A program made the position numbers and the translations under genes. A stretch of DNA of 60,273 nucleotides, filler included, from Sphacelaria rigidula (Eukaryota), in NCBI GenBank assembly GCA_964200075.2. It is 9 parts of 9 records of this genome, joined end to end, with 100 filler letters (N's around TTAATTAATTAA, not from the genome) between each part and the next. Parts side by side here need not be neighbours in the genome. Positions count along the whole stretch, not along the records: positions 20,126 to 26,733 come from CAXNAA020019086.1; positions 26,834 to 33,441 come from CAXNAA020019087.1; positions 33,542 to 40,149 come from CAXNAA020019088.1; 6 more parts are not named here. One strand, given 5' to 3'. Below are positions 24,794 through 38,415 of this stretch, in pieces. Each line of letters starts with the position of its first letter. Position 1 is the stretch's first letter. The notes under the pieces are model-generated. The model was not told where the DNA came from. It saw nothing but the letters and a program-made list of their open reading frames with translations, and made no database searches.

Positions 24794-25354
24794 CAGTAGT
24801 GGGCGGTCTAACTATTCAGGGGTGTTTGGGGGTTTTCCTCGCGTACTACTCTTCGATAGAAGTCGAAATTGCTAGCGTCCGTAGATTTTGGTACAACACA
24901 ACAGAGCATTATCGAAAAACAGTGCCCAAGTCAGTGTATGTCGGTGTTATCGGGCGAAACGAGTAAATACCGCGTTCTTCACGAGGGTGTTATTGACCAA
25001 GAAACACAGTTTTTCGGCTCTTCTAGTGCAATGAGTAGGCAGACTTTCAAAAAACTGAAACTGTACATTTCTTCACACATATGATCAGGACGGGCTCGAT
25101 CGACCGATAATACAGAAGAGTAGGAATCTGGGCTGAAACGTGGCAGGACTCCCGATGACCGGTCAGCCCGTAAGTCACTCAATATTGAGTACAGATGGTT
25201 TTTTCTTCTTGGAATGTGGACCGGACACATATTATATCTTCAGATCCCCGATGTGATAAACGATGGCAAGCGAAAAGAGCCCAAGAAAATCGCCAATTAA
25301 TTACGAAAAAATCCCCAAACGTCACAAAATGAATAGTTAGACCGCCTACTACTG
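24794..25354. mobile_element. Tc1/mariner-type MITE family A
   Basis: TA|CAGTAGTGGGCGGTCTAACTATTCA...TGAATAGTTAGACCGCCTACTACTG|TA. A paralogous empty site lies at about 26370-26400. Confidence 0.92.
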
Positions 25355-27547
25355 TACCGTACCCGCTCAATCGGGCACTGTATGTACCCAGATTCCCCCC
25401 GATTTTCGTGTTTGGATCAATTCGAATGAACTCATTACTATGTAGTCTCAAGTCCGGTCGATTTTTTTTCTCGATCTGATGGGTCCACCGCATTTCTATT
25501 CTTAGAAGACTTCAACTCAAAATTATATTTAGTGGCGCGCGAAGAAAAACTACAAAACAATACTGCATTACTGTGAAGCTGAGCTTTTTTTTATCGAAAT
25601 CATGCAGTCGAAAGGCACGAAACGGCACTTGACTCCTACCTTACAGACCACCATGCCAGATAACTCCAGTTCACAGAACCATGGAAACTCCATCCAACTC
25701 ATTCTCAGCTACCAGCTTAACCCTGCAGCATCGAGTACGAGTTGAGCACAGGGATTGATACACTGTAGTAGTTGGGCATGCTTTGTTGAGTTTTTGTTGG
25801 CGAAACTTGCGCTTTTTCTTTCATGGTAGGATCAGCGACGGAACTGCGTGGTGCCGTGGGCAACCGAATTGCGTACACCCTCAAAGCCAGTGCAGGCAGT
25901 ACAAAGCTGCACGTTATTGAAGTATTTTTCATGTCGCATTGTAAGCAGAGAGAACTGATAGTCCTGGGCTGTCGAAACTGCACGTTTCCCGCTTCTCTTT
26001 AAAATCCTAGTGTACGAAGCACGCACACACGCACTCAAGACACACTGCTTACAAGCAGTGCAGTTTCACGAATCTCACCGTCTTTTTTCGATCGGAAGCT
26101 TGAAATTTGCTTGGACCCAGCTCGACAAAAAAGAGCGATTTTCGCTCAAATCAATTTTACTGCCCCATTTTTTCGATCGTTTTTTTTGCTAAGTCACGCG
26201 CCCTGACACGCTTCTCCGTACTGCTGGATGACAGTCTTGAAGTCGGTATAGAGGGTAAGGCAGGTACCCGGTACTGGTATTTGGGGCATCTCATACCCTA
26301 CCGATACCGACCCAATCGGGTATTTTCGAATGTCATACCTCCGATGCCTACGATACCACGATATTTCGAGATACCAGTACCTACCGTACCTGCCCAATCG
26401 TGTATTTTAAAGTGTCATACCAAGGGTCTGTCAAAAAAATATTTCGGGACACGTAGGCCCCAAGATCGAAAATCTGAGTTCTTGAGGGGGTAGGGGAGGG
26501 GGAACACCCATCCTGCTGTCCCCTGGTGTATTGTCGATCGAGCCGTTGGCGGATGCGGTCAGCTGCCGTGTACAGAGATCTTTGGTATGGAGACCGCTGA
26601 GATGACGGACACACCGCCCCTCCAAGCTCATCACCTACCATTATTATAGTAGTCTGGGAAAATTTGGCGACGCGTGAGATAATGTTGCTACTTTGGCTAC
26701 GGGCTGTCGCTACCGTGCGCTCGTGTATTGTACNNNNNNNNNNNNNNNNNNNNNNNNNNNNNNNNNNNNNNNNNNNNTTAATTAATTAANNNNNNNNNNN
26801 NNNNNNNNNNNNNNNNNNNNNNNNNNNNNNNNNCCCCCCCCCCCCCCCCGATTTTGAGTTCGCGAATTTGAGTCCCCGTGATTTTTTCAAAATCGGGGTC
26901 CCAAAAAAACGAGATTCGTTGCCATAAAAGTGGGTCTACATTGGCAAAACCAATCACGATATAATGCAAAAACGGAGACGCGAGTTCCACAACACCCACT
27001 CGGCGAATTCCCGAACTAGTTGGTTCCGCGCGACCATCTTAAGTTGCCATCTGCAACGACGTGCTTAGCTTACCCCAGCTCCGTGCCGTTGAAATATATG
27101 GCCATCCGACACAATATCGGTTTGTTGGCTCGCCTAGCTTGCACCTTACGGGGAACGCCTGACATGTCCCCAACAAAATTGCGCGGGATATTCAGGGTAG
27201 AAATACAAACGACGCAAACGTATACCCCTCGGCCGAATTGTACACGGCCAGCCCTATAAACATGCAAATAGGGTCCCACAGATCGACAATTGCTCCGCGT
27301 TTAACCCCCGCTCAGCTGCGTGCAATAGGTTTGTGTTCACAGAAACGACATCTAGTGTTCCAGGAGCTACGCCACGGTGCGTCGATTCAAACGTTCGCGG
27401 TCCTGCGTTGCTTCAAGGCATTGCCGACGGTACTGCCTGTTGGTAAAGCAGCACGGTCTGTTGGCTTCACGCGTGGTCGAAAAAAATATCGCCAGTCAAC
27501 TCCTCAGGGCTTCCTCGAGAGCTCGAAGCAGGAGTGTGCTTGCTCAC

Positions 27548-27666
27548 CTCATCGCCGAGGGGCTTGTACGTGCCATCGTCTGGCTTCCCGCTAAGGTCCA
27601 GCGTGCTGGCCAGCACAAACGTCAACCGTTGCCCTTCCTTTACTGGGTAGAGTTCGCAGTTTGTAT
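27548..27666 (-). CDS. RPB8: RNA polymerase I/II/III common subunit RPB8 (RPABC3), exon 3; later exons lie beyond the contig end
   Basis: AAG|(D)TNCELYPVKEGQRLTFVLASTLDLSGKPDDGTYKPLGDE|GTGAGC matches the RPB8 DxNxxxYP...LASTL..DG motif. 119 nt, phase 1-0. Confidence 0.93.
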
Positions 27667-27785
27667 CTTTTTTCGTGATGGCATAGGTTTACCACACCAG
27701 AGGTTGCCAGGGAAGGAGAGAGAAGTAGAGAACATGAAGAGCAACAGGGGGAAAACAACGGCACCTTTTGTCACGTAAGCGAGCG

Positions 27786-28334
27786 GGGGGGGGTGGGGTG
27801 TACTCATGATCTTGCATGCCGTAGTCAAGTGACCATTGACCTAGCATCCCTACAAAAGTCAGGACGGAGCACGCCCGGTTTCCGCCGGACCAGGTTCGTT
27901 ATCAAGCACTAAGCGCGAAGCGCTGTGATGTGTTCGGCGAGTCGCATGAACGGTGAGCTGCACCCTACCAAGAGTTTTGGGCCCGAAGAGTACTGATTAT
28001 CTTGCATTTGGATAACAGCTCCGATTACTTGCTTCATTTTCTGGTATCGACACTTCCAGAGACACTCACGGGTTACACACGGCCTCATGGGTGTCTTATC
28101 GTATTAAACACCACGTAGTACAATTATCCCCTTTGCGTGGAGTTCAGGTTCTCCACTTCGCACGATATGATCCAGCTCGACCACCACCATGACTTCCGCA
28201 AAGATACGCGAGCGAAAAAAACAACGGTGACCCGGTTGCCTAGCTTCCACACTGAGCGGCGTGTTTTCCAGCGTCGTTGTTGCCCACTGACGCCAACCGT
28301 CAAAGGGGAAATGGGGGCGCGACGGGGGTGGGGG
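27786..28334. repeat. Interspersed repeat family B, copy in RPB8 intron 2
   Basis: Collinear with 29046-29607 (GTGATGTGTTCGGCGAGTCGCATGAA.GGTGAGCTGCA...ATCTTGCATTTGGAT). G-tracts at both ends. Confidence 0.85.
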
Positions 28335-29045
28335 CGTCCTCGCTACACAGAGCTATGTGATGATCATTTCGGGATAGGTCTTCAATGAATATTCCAAGGG
28401 ACTTTGATCAGCTCCCGATACGCACTTGTAGGAGAAGCACGAACTTAAAAGCGGGTCACAACGAGCGTTGCGGAGGGCATAACATGAATTATGTACGGTA
28501 CAGTAAGTATCTCGTGTGCTATGACGTGTAGGAGTGACACGACACTCCCCTACTATAGCGTAGCCGTAGCTGCTGAGATTGAATGATGGATTGATTGGGT
28601 GATCGTCGCACATTAACTGCTCGCCGAGGGGATCCAGCTGTGGTCTCAAGCAGTACCTCACATCGAACATATGGATCTGGATATCCATATGAGTGGTACG
28701 ATGATACGGAAGCACAAAAATGGTGGGTTCTCCTACGGGAATCGTTTTCTCAAAATTGGCACCACGTTCTCGTTTCATTTTTGCCCAAAGAAGGGCGGGG
28801 GATAGCGAGGTGGGGTAAATTAAATCCAGCTTTACCAAGGCACAAGCCGTCTAAAACTGTTTCAATAATTATCGGTATTAGGTCACTGGGTCAGCTACTG
28901 TATGCGTCTTCGAACCGCTTTCGAGTCGTGAGTAATTCTTGCATACATGCCGACGAGCTTCGTTCTTGGGTCCCAAAAGCCGTGGGGGGTTGGGGAGATG
29001 GGAATTGGTGCCATCCTCTAAAACTAGAATATCGCTTGGTATAGC

Positions 29046-29607
29046 CGGGGGAGGAGGGGGAGGGGACGGATTCATGATCTTGCACTAGTCATAATGCCAT
29101 CGACCTCGCATCCCTACAGAGTCCGGAAAGACCACGCCGATCTTTTACCGTACCAGGCTCGCGATCGATTACCAAGCACGAATCGCCGTGATGTGTTCGG
29201 CGAGTCGCATGAAGGGTGAGCTGCATCCTACTCAAATTGTTCGGGCCGAAGAGTATTGATTTATCTTGCATTTGGATGATATCCAACAACGAGTTGTTAC
29301 TTCATTTTCTGGTATCGCCACTTCCAGAGACAGCCAGGGGTTGAAACTGCCTCATGAATGTCTCACCGTTAAAACACTACGTAGTACGATCATCACCTTT
29401 GCGCGGAGTTCAGGTTCTGCACCCCCCACAACATCATCTAACACGACCATCAATGCTACCGCGAATAAAACGCAAGCGAATAAAAAGCAAGGGAAAAAAC
29501 ACATAAACCTGGTTGCCAAGCTCACGCAACTCCTTGCGTGTTTTCAGCGTCGTTGCCAAGCGACACCAACCTTCAAAGGGGCGCATATACGGCCGGGGGG
29601 AGGGGGG
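29046..29607. repeat. Interspersed repeat family B, second copy in RPB8 intron 2
   Basis: Direct, diverged repeat of 27786-28334. Confidence 0.85.
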
Positions 29608-29918
29608 ACTGTTCGAAGGGGAATAACACAACAAGATCGTTGACAAAACAGCGCCAGTGATCGGTTCGGTGATACCCTGGATACAATGTACCAACACACC
29701 AGATGATGCTAACTAGAGCCTCCGGTAGGGAATGAGGACAGGGAACGTTTCTTGTCCCCCTGCCCGTCTCTGTCTCGTTCTTGATCTGTTTCCCTTCGGT
29801 GTCTATCTCATGGCTCTGTCTTGTCGCGACCTTCGTCTGTATTTATTGATGCCTCTCTCTGTATCTTCTCTTTGCCCATGTCTCTCTCTTGCCTCCTTGT
29901 CTCTTGTCGCCTGCTCAC

Positions 29919-29969
29919 CTAATAGAAGGTCCATATCGTATGTAACGCCCTTGCATTCTAATCGATTCA
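29919..29969 (-). CDS. RPB8: RPB8 exon 2
   Basis: TGCAG|(V)NRLECKGVTYDMDLLL|GTGAGC. 51 nt, phase 1-1. Confidence 0.93.
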
Positions 29970-31591
29970 CTGCAGCACGGGATGCCGTCGAAAAACAACA
30001 AGAGGTTCAAACGAGACGAAACGAAAGGGTGTGTGTTTGGGGGGGGGGGAGTAGACACGGGTAAGTCCTTGACTATTTTGCCAGATTCTGCACGGTAAAT
30101 AAAAACAAGAGAAAATCATGTTTTCGAGATGCTGCGGAGTTACTGGCCCGCAGGAGTGTTTACATTGAAGCATCAAGATTCCTTCCGTCCGTGTTGCATC
30201 AAAATGAGCTCACTCGATTCCTCGATCTATCGAGGCCAAGGGCGCTACTGCTGCTGCTGTACGCAATCTTCACTCCAACGCGAGGCACGCTTAGGCGACC
30301 CCGGTCCCTTGCCCACGTACAGTGCATTTTTCAACGGTGCTGCAGAGGACGTCGTATTGTGTAGGGCTCTATACTGTATGTGGGCATGGTTTTACTCTAT
30401 ATGCATTGTACCTTGAACGTTCAGACGCTCAAGAACCCGCAGGCCACATATTTTTTAATTCGCCGGGGATTGTTCGCAGCAGTAGATTTCTGGTGGAGAG
30501 ACAACGCCTACATATAAAACGACCGTTGTAACGTAGATGCCACGCGCCGTAGATACTCGCGGGTACGATAAATCCAGGCCACGACAGCGACATCGCCGTC
30601 TCGTCATCACGAAAACAAATAGCTAAACAGTACAGCGCAGCACAGTAGCCGCGTTTGCGCGAACAGGGGTACATGCACGTGTTTAATACACACAGCTATT
30701 GCCAAGTAGGTGACGAGCGGCGTGGCGTGAGGATGTGGTAGGATGGTATTGTAATTTTGTGCCTGGGGTTTGGGGGATTTACCTCAGCCTCCCACCGCCC
30801 ACACCCAACTCAGCAGGACGAGCATAACTCGACACATGGCACACACGCAAGCAATGCACGTGGAATTGCAGCGGTGGCTGTCCCGCTCACAAACACCTGC
30901 TGCTCACGCACGAACTCGTGTCGTTGAAAGCTGGGGAAGGGAGGGTGAACTAACTGATCGGCTTAGATGTCAGGAACATTTCGGTGGGAAAAAAACCTTT
31001 CAGTCTCGCCCGATCAACTATGCTAGGCTCCTGGAACCCTATTGGTCAAAAATAAGACCTCGTTAGTTCCTTTTCGCGCCTACCCGACCTGTCAGCTGTA
31101 ATCTACGCCCAATCTACGCCATCCTCCAATAACGGGCAAGCGTGTCAGGTGCCAGATTCTCGGAAGAGGACGAAGCGGACGCCTCCGGGTGCATGTGCGT
31201 TTAGATGCTTTAGGGGATAAACATGCATGTACAAAGCGTGAGATCGCTCGCATGTAAATAAACGTTTTGGGTGTGCACGGTCTGTGGATGAAAATACGCC
31301 GTGCAATATGCGGGTCTAGGCCTCGAGGGACTGTCGAAGTAAACCGTACATCCTGCAGGTAGATGAAGTCACCGAAAGTAATCCCCACACAAGCCATCGA
31401 CCAGTGATTAATCAACGGGAGCACAGGAGAAGTGGGTGGTGAGCACAAGGGAGGGAATTTCTCTGCAATAGGGTGGTGGCTGATCAGTACTGGGTAGTCG
31501 TAGCATAGATGTACCACCTTAAATCATACTGCTGATGGCAGCGACGGGACTGTCACATCTCACAGGTCGAAGGTACACCTCGTAAACTTAC

Positions 31592-31664
31592 CCCTGTCGA
31601 ACTTCTTGCCGTCTGGATTGAGCTTTCCCACCTCGAAAATATCCTCAAATAATACGCCCGACAT
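31592..31664 (-). CDS. RPB8: RPB8 exon 1
   Basis: ATG start, MSGVLFEDIFEVGKLNPDGKKFDR G|GTAAGT. This is the classic RPB8 N-terminus LFEDIF...PDGKKFD. Confidence 0.95.
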
Positions 31665-33580
31665 GTTTTTTCTCTGCTCTTATTGGATGGCTTAGAACAA
31701 CTCTCTTTTCGCCCGTTCGTTTAGCTCACTCGTTCCCCTATCCCTGAGCCGCTCTGCTGTGCTCCAAGTCTGCCCCAACAATTTTGTTCGTTTGTTCACA
31801 TCACATTTGATTCTCAAGTATCAGATCCCGCTGGTCACATTGCAGCTAAAGAAAACCAATTTACATTGACTTTCCATACCCAAATATCCTTCTTGTGCTT
31901 TATTTATAGTACGCATGCATTGCAGTCCCCTTATTAATGAAAATATTTTTATTAAAATATAGAAATATAAAGTGCTAGCCCCACCAAGAATCATAAAAGT
32001 AGGACTTCAGCTCCCGCATGGTTTGCTAGAACATGGCATTAGATACCGCGGTAATCGAAGATCATTTATCATAATCACGATGGATTGTGTGTAGTGGTAC
32101 TGTAGATGGTCAAACCTTGCGCACAGAATCGAGAACGAGAGCTTGTCAACATGCCGTGGCTACTCTTGAGAAGGATTCCACATGTCTGCCTTGCACGTCT
32201 GTCCTTGCTGCTTGTGATGATAGGTATGTCCAAATACATGAAAAGGTCACACCAGTATCTTGCAAGCCGCTGCAGCCTGCATGGTACATTTACTAGCGTA
32301 CAGTTGTACAGCCGAAAAGGGTGCAGGGAGCTGTAACTGTTGGGGTTGAAGGGTCATGTGTAACGCGCTGTATTTGCACTCTACTACTGCCTGTAGAATC
32401 ATGTTATATCATTTTACTGCTCGGCCAAAGTGTCTACTATACTGCTGCCCTTGAAAAGTGTCTTTAACCAGTGCGTGTGGCGGAATGGAGGCACTCATGA
32501 TGGACGTATGCTAGAAAGGAGGAAAGATTCTCCGCAAATATGATGGGCAGATGCTGGTGTTCCTGGCTCCCAGTATCATAGCGAGAGCTCGACACGTGCT
32601 CGTGTTGTTATACCCATACACAACCATCTAGCGAAGGTAGCGTATATCCATGTCTCGAGCAGTGAGCGGTAGACTACTCATTCTGGATGCAGTACCGAGC
32701 ACAAGCAGGATCAGCGTTTATTTTACCTGCTGGACACGAGGAATATAATATGATGGACTGGTGCACAGTACAGGGTATACGGACGAGCACCGACTGGTGG
32801 CCGGCCATTTCTGCCGCCATCCCCTCATGATTCAATTTGAACTTCAAAACTTCGCAATATTTCTAATATTCAGACTTCCAAACCGCACCCTCCCCCACGA
32901 AAAAAACAAAGGTTTCATCCAGTCACCTACCTATTATTGAGCTGATAAAAATCACAACAAAGTTGTTTGTTTCGGTGAAACAAAATCCAGAACGAAATCG
33001 CAGTCAGATTCGAATCGGAAACGGTTTTGAGGTCTGGGTCCTCCAGCACCGGCAGCATGAATAAATACTTCACAGAGATGCTTGAAATTTGGGGTCACAG
33101 CGATCATCAGCTGGCATACCACAGCCTTTTCAAGGGGTTCAAAAACGCTGACCGAGAGGAGAGAGTTGCACTCCGATCGACACAGCGCCCGATTGTCCTC
33201 ACGATAACAGCGTTTATTCAACAACCAACCATCATTTATCTCATTATGCTTTTCCCCCCCCCTCATACTTCTAACCCCTCCCCTTCCTCGGGATGAGTCC
33301 GTGGTCTCAACGGATCAACCCATCTCTCCCCGGTACGTGCCTTTCATTTTGATCTCGCGGATTGGATCAGCACTCCCACACCGCGTCAACTCACCTCACA
33401 CAAACCCAGTCGACTACTTTTGTTTACTCACGTTCTCACGCNNNNNNNNNNNNNNNNNNNNNNNNNNNNNNNNNNNNNNNNNNNNTTAATTAATTAANNN
33501 NNNNNNNNNNNNNNNNNNNNNNNNNNNNNNNNNNNNNNNNNGGGGGGTGAGGGGGTGGGGGGTTGTGTGTGTGGGGAGGT

Positions 33581-33618
<38 letters not shown>

Positions 33619-33901
33619 TTCGGGACCATTTCTTCCTCGAAAAGCGTTGTTGAGAGCAGTAACGGTTATTCAAACGCGCTGGTTACCGTTGAATAACGCT
33701 CATTCATATGACTTGACTCTATTCAAGCACAAGCGCACCGCGAGTATGTTAGGTCGTCTGACACCCCAATGAGCTTATTTATTCGTGAAATCAAACTCCC
33801 CCCCTCCCATCGTAGCATGACGCGTGATATATTTCGCCGGTTTCTCGAGCTTGTACCGCGGGATAGTGACGTGACGGTGGAAAACGGCTTCGCTTGCTGT
33901 C

Positions 33902-34216
33902 CAGTTTGAGATGTCGGTCGCGGACGACCCCAGCTGCGACGCAGAGGTTAGCGCGGATGTACGGGGGGGAGCAAGAGAGGCTGCTGTCAGATGTGATCCG
34001 CGTGAATGTCGTGGTAGATGCCCCTGGTGCGTCGAATGCACGCCTTGGTGTGAGCTGTGTTGTGGCGACTAGCACCAGGGCGTACGTTCGACGCACCGGG
34101 GGCATCTACCGCGACATTCACGCGACTTACATCTGCCAGCAGCCGCTCTTGCTCCTGTACATCCGTGTCAACCGCTGCGTCGCAGCTTAGGGCGTCCGCG
34201 ACCTACATCTCATCTG
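33902..34216. mobile_element. Diverged foldback element / long hairpin (~140-bp arms, ~22-nt loop)
   Basis: 33907-34050 is reverse-complementary to 34073-34212. Flanks CTTGCTGTC and CTTGCTGCA may be a degenerate TSD. Confidence 0.75.
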
Positions 34217-35849
34217 CTTGCTGCACGACTGACTGCACTATAGTGGTCGACCACCTCATGAGCATACCGCTCGCCGGCGATGAGCAGCAGAGATCAAGAG
34301 ACATACATCAGATACACCTCGGCGGTACCGCGTTTGCTCCACCGCTTGGCTGAACTACCGCGGTTCCTCAAGACAGTCCCTCGAATATGTATCCCTTAGC
34401 AGGACTTGGCCATATTGTAGGGGACATCTCGTAAAATGTTTGGCGCAACAATGAGATCAATCCGACAATAGGCACAGAAGAACTATTACGAACGAAAGTC
34501 TACACCACAAGCCGCTGGTAGAACGGCCCCACAACTAAATGTTGACAGCGTAGATACACAGCCGACGGGATGATACTCGGAAGCTGACTTGCAACACCGT
34601 ACGAACCAGGCTTTACATCATGTCGAAATATTTACTTATTCGTTCACAGTACTATGTCCGAGCCGTAGGTTCACCACCAGGTATTGTGTGGCCTGTAGCA
34701 TAGCAACTGAAGTCCAATAGCTGTACAGCCAGCTACTGTCTATCTTCCATCTGGATCGGGTACCATTACTCGCGCATGTTGTGTGGTTGTAGCTTTCAGC
34801 TCTGAGTGGATTCTCTGAGCTCTCACTGAAAGCGCTCTGAAAGAGGGCCCGACCAACTAGATTCTGGCACGAATCACATCATGGCAGTGCTCGTTGACCT
34901 GCACTCATCGTCCGTCCGCTTTTGCAGAGGGTACAGGCTATACTAAACGAGGATCATCGGCGCATCAGACTTTCATCTTTCGATGTACGATCTACGTAGT
35001 TGAAATAGCAGGAGGTGCGTCCAAACTCTCCACATCAGGTTGGCGCTTTTCAGCTTCCTTCGTTTTGTCGTGGTGACCCACCTGTTTTTCATGGCGTGTG
35101 CCTTGCTGTGTTTATCACCAACTTATCCAAACGACCACCAACCCGACCCTCCCTCCGTCGTGGTATGTCTGCACGTGCTCGTCGGTCTTGCACTCGAAAC
35201 CTACCGTGCCTTCATGTCCAGATTGAGCGAAGGAACGAGGAAACTCGTCTATCGATGGCTTTCATCGCTGCCCTGTCCGCGGTGGGGGAGGGGTGTGGGG
35301 AGAGGGTACGTCACCCATGTGTCTCGCGCCTCTGCTGTTGAAGTAGCAGCCACGCGCCTTCGAGAGGTAGGCGCGTTGTTTTGAACGCAGCGATCACTGC
35401 CTGTCGTCGGTCATCATTCCTCGAGGAGGTGCAGCCGTTGCATGTCGTCTACAGCAATAACCCGGACCTCACGGAGGAAAGGGGAGGCTGGGGGACGGGG
35501 TGCTGTAGAAAATCGAATCATATTTCGCCGAGTTAGAGTTTGGCGCTAGCGCTCCGGCAAAATATGGCATTGGTGTGTGAAGTAGCTGTTCATCCACATC
35601 TTGAGCTTATCCGAAGCAAAAGTTGTAAAAGGGCGGTCGTAGCGAAGCGGAGATTCCGTGACTCTCCGTCACTTTCTCTCCGGTCTCACAGCCGCGAGTC
35701 GGGGGCTGGGGCTTTCGAGGGGCGGGGGTGCATCTCAAAGTAGCGCCGTACCAGTAGATGCGTGATATTTGTGCTTGTGCAAAATGTAAAGAGGAGGGGG
35801 GCTGGTGCAACCTCCTAGCTGGCGTCTCGAGATAGATGAAGGCCGTGAG

Positions 35850-36024
35850 ATACTGAGAGACATTCGGCATCTCGTAGTCACGCTTTAAGTCGATCACGGC
35901 CGTGATGCTTGGTGCAGTTCGGCGCTGGGGAATGAACTCGTCGTGACCGAAATCTTGGGCAAAGCTGTGGGTGCTTCGAGTTGTATGCACTCGGAGGAAG
36001 CATTTTGGCGTAGGCTCAGCCATG
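35850..36024 (-). CDS. Possible exon of an unidentified multi-exon gene
   Basis: Acceptor TTTTGATGCAG followed by open frame MAEPTPKCFLRVHTTRSTHSFAQDFGHDEFIPQRRTAPSITAVIDLKRDYEMPN. No recognised homology and the donor is uncertain. Confidence 0.25.
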
Positions 36025-36794
36025 CTGCATCAAAATACGCGGAGATATTTGGCGAGCGCTACATGTGTTAGACACGTGGCCGCATGCGGCAATCTCGGAA
36101 GGCGTCGTCGCCAATATCGCTTGTTCTGTACATGTGCATTTCTATGCATCGCCCTTCGGTAGCGGATTTTGCGTCCTGTGCAAGGGTATGTGTGTTTTGC
36201 CTCTTTTCCCCTTCCTATTCCCTGTTTCCTTGTGCCATATCAAGGAAGAGGACTGCAACGGTCAACCTTTCGCCGTGCGTGACACTCGCGAACGTGCACA
36301 CCGGCAAGTTCCCACTTGTTTCGCGGTGCGAGGTTATTTCTCTGCAAAAGGCAACACTGCTATTGTCTCCGTCTTGATTTATTTCGACGACAGCGGGTAC
36401 ATACATGTGTCCCCCACATGCCAAATCTCTCTCGACTACTCCCCAACCCGGTGTTTCTGCTTCCGCCGCTGACGAGGTTTATTGGACAAGTCGGCAGCAC
36501 CCCGCCATGAATGCGAAAGCAAGGCCCCTTTTACATCAGGCGCTGCTCGAACTTAGACACAGCAGGCGGGGAGGACTGGTTGTGAGCATTCTCGTCCGTT
36601 ACCCCGCCACCTGCGGCCACGCGAGACGCGGAGACGTGGCCCAACGTCCTTGCCTGCCCATGTATGCTATGCCAGCACCCATAAAGAGTACTGCAGCGCC
36701 AGTGTTGTATAGCCTCCAGTACGTGTGGGCTGGACACCTGATCCAGCATTGAAGACGGGATAATGCTGCTCGAAACACGGCGCGCTGCACACGC

Positions 36795-37108
36795 TTTTGT
36801 TTTCTTCTTTCGTTCGCCGTTTTCTCTACTCCTAGCCTTCCTCGGGACCGAGTCCGTAATCTCAAGGGTTTGATCGATGTCTCGGTCGGCACAGTGCCTT
36901 GCATGGTTTGTTTTTGGTCTTGTAGGATTTAATCAGCGCCCCCACATCCCGTCTACTCTCGTCGAACCGTCTTCGGTGATCGCGCCGTCATGCTTTGAAC
37001 GGCGGGTATCAGAGTCTTGTCGGAAAAAAACGTGTGCGTCGGGACTCGAATTCACAACCTTCCGCCCCAACTCGACGTTGTTGTACAACTCAGGCTACCG
37101 GTTCACGG
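36795..37108 (-). mobile_element. tRNA-derived SINE
   Basis: Minus strand A-box-like TAGCCTGAGTTG and B-box-like GAATTCGAGTCCC. The 3' body TGCAAGGC...CCCTTGAGA..ACGGACTC..CCC.AGG.AGG is shared with 6325-6395. A-rich tail. Confidence 0.65.
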
Positions 37109-38415
37109 TAATACCAGACGCGGCAACGCCTGCAACACTTCATATGCTCGAATGCTTGCTTGTAATACTTCCGACGTGGTGGATAACGTGAAGTCGGAAT
37201 GAGACTGACAGCTATGGTGTGGTCTGACTCCGAGTCCGGCGTGCCTGCTGGCACAAAGAAGCCTGAACATTGCTGGTGAGCATCAGTAAATCGCTTAGAA
37301 GTAGTTCATGCGACCCCCAAGGCCTGAAAGCGTAGCACATACATGTCGATCCTGGGCTTAGGTATAGCCACGCCCATTTTTCGCGTCGATATACGTACAA
37401 CCACGGGGGCAGGCGTGCCGCATCCCCGGGTCGGGGCAGGTGTGGAGCGCGGGAGTACATTTCGGGCGGGACCTAGCTTGGTCATTCTCGTCGGTCCGAG
37501 ATTCTCGCCTCCTCAGAGAACCGGAGATGTCCGACGCGAGCGTCGTGCAAAGCCTCGACTCAACTTTCAACTGCTGGTTCCTCTTCAAACACTTGAAGCA
37601 ATCCATGAATCGAGTAAGAACACGGAAGATACCGGACAAACCCTGCGTAGTAGGACCGCGTAGCTCACCAATTGTTTGCTCCCATACGGCGTTGTAGTAG
37701 AGCAGAGGGAGTGGGTCACCCCTGGTCGGTGATGATGTGTTCTTCGGGTCGCAACCTCGTCATTAGAGGGTAATATTCGCGGGGAAGGGGAGGTTAATCG
37801 TCCGTATCCCTGATATTACACTTCGTTGCCCTAGAGGGAGGTGACAACAAAGGGGAATACGTAGCATGTCAAGCGGCTTCAGCCTCCATGGCTCCGAACG
37901 CGGTAGTAGTAGGGAGATGACAGAGTGGGGGAAATCGCCGCTCTGCCGAATCACCTCGTGTAGGCAGGCAGTAGACCGGCGTGAAAAATACAATATTACA
38001 TGTATTTTTCCGTGTAACTTGCACTTTTCAGCTAATAATGCTATTGCTATCCGAATACTCGTCGTAATGCTTATCGTTATTACCCGCCCAATCCGGTATT
38101 TTCAAAACTAATACCTACGATACCTACGATACCTACGATACCAGGGTATATCGAGATTTCAATGCCTGCTGGACCCGCCCAATCCGGTATTTCAAAATGT
38201 CATACCCACGATACCTACGCATACCGCGGTATGGGATACCCCGGTAAATACCGGCGGTACGCTCGGTACGGTATCTTACCTACGGTGCCTGTGCAATCCT
38301 TTCTGGTACGAGTCGTACACACGTCGGACCGCTCATGAGTTACCTGGATATTCTTTCTCATTAGAATACTGATCCAGATCATGAGCTAGTTCATTCGGCC
38401 ACTATCTCCGTACTA

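Noticed and set aside
33100..33175. Minus-strand LSSRSAFLNPLKRLW resembling the IS630/Tc1 motif SPxLNPIExxW
   Set aside because: Too short and degenerate, the catalytic Glu is missing and no flanking transposase motifs or TIRs were seen.
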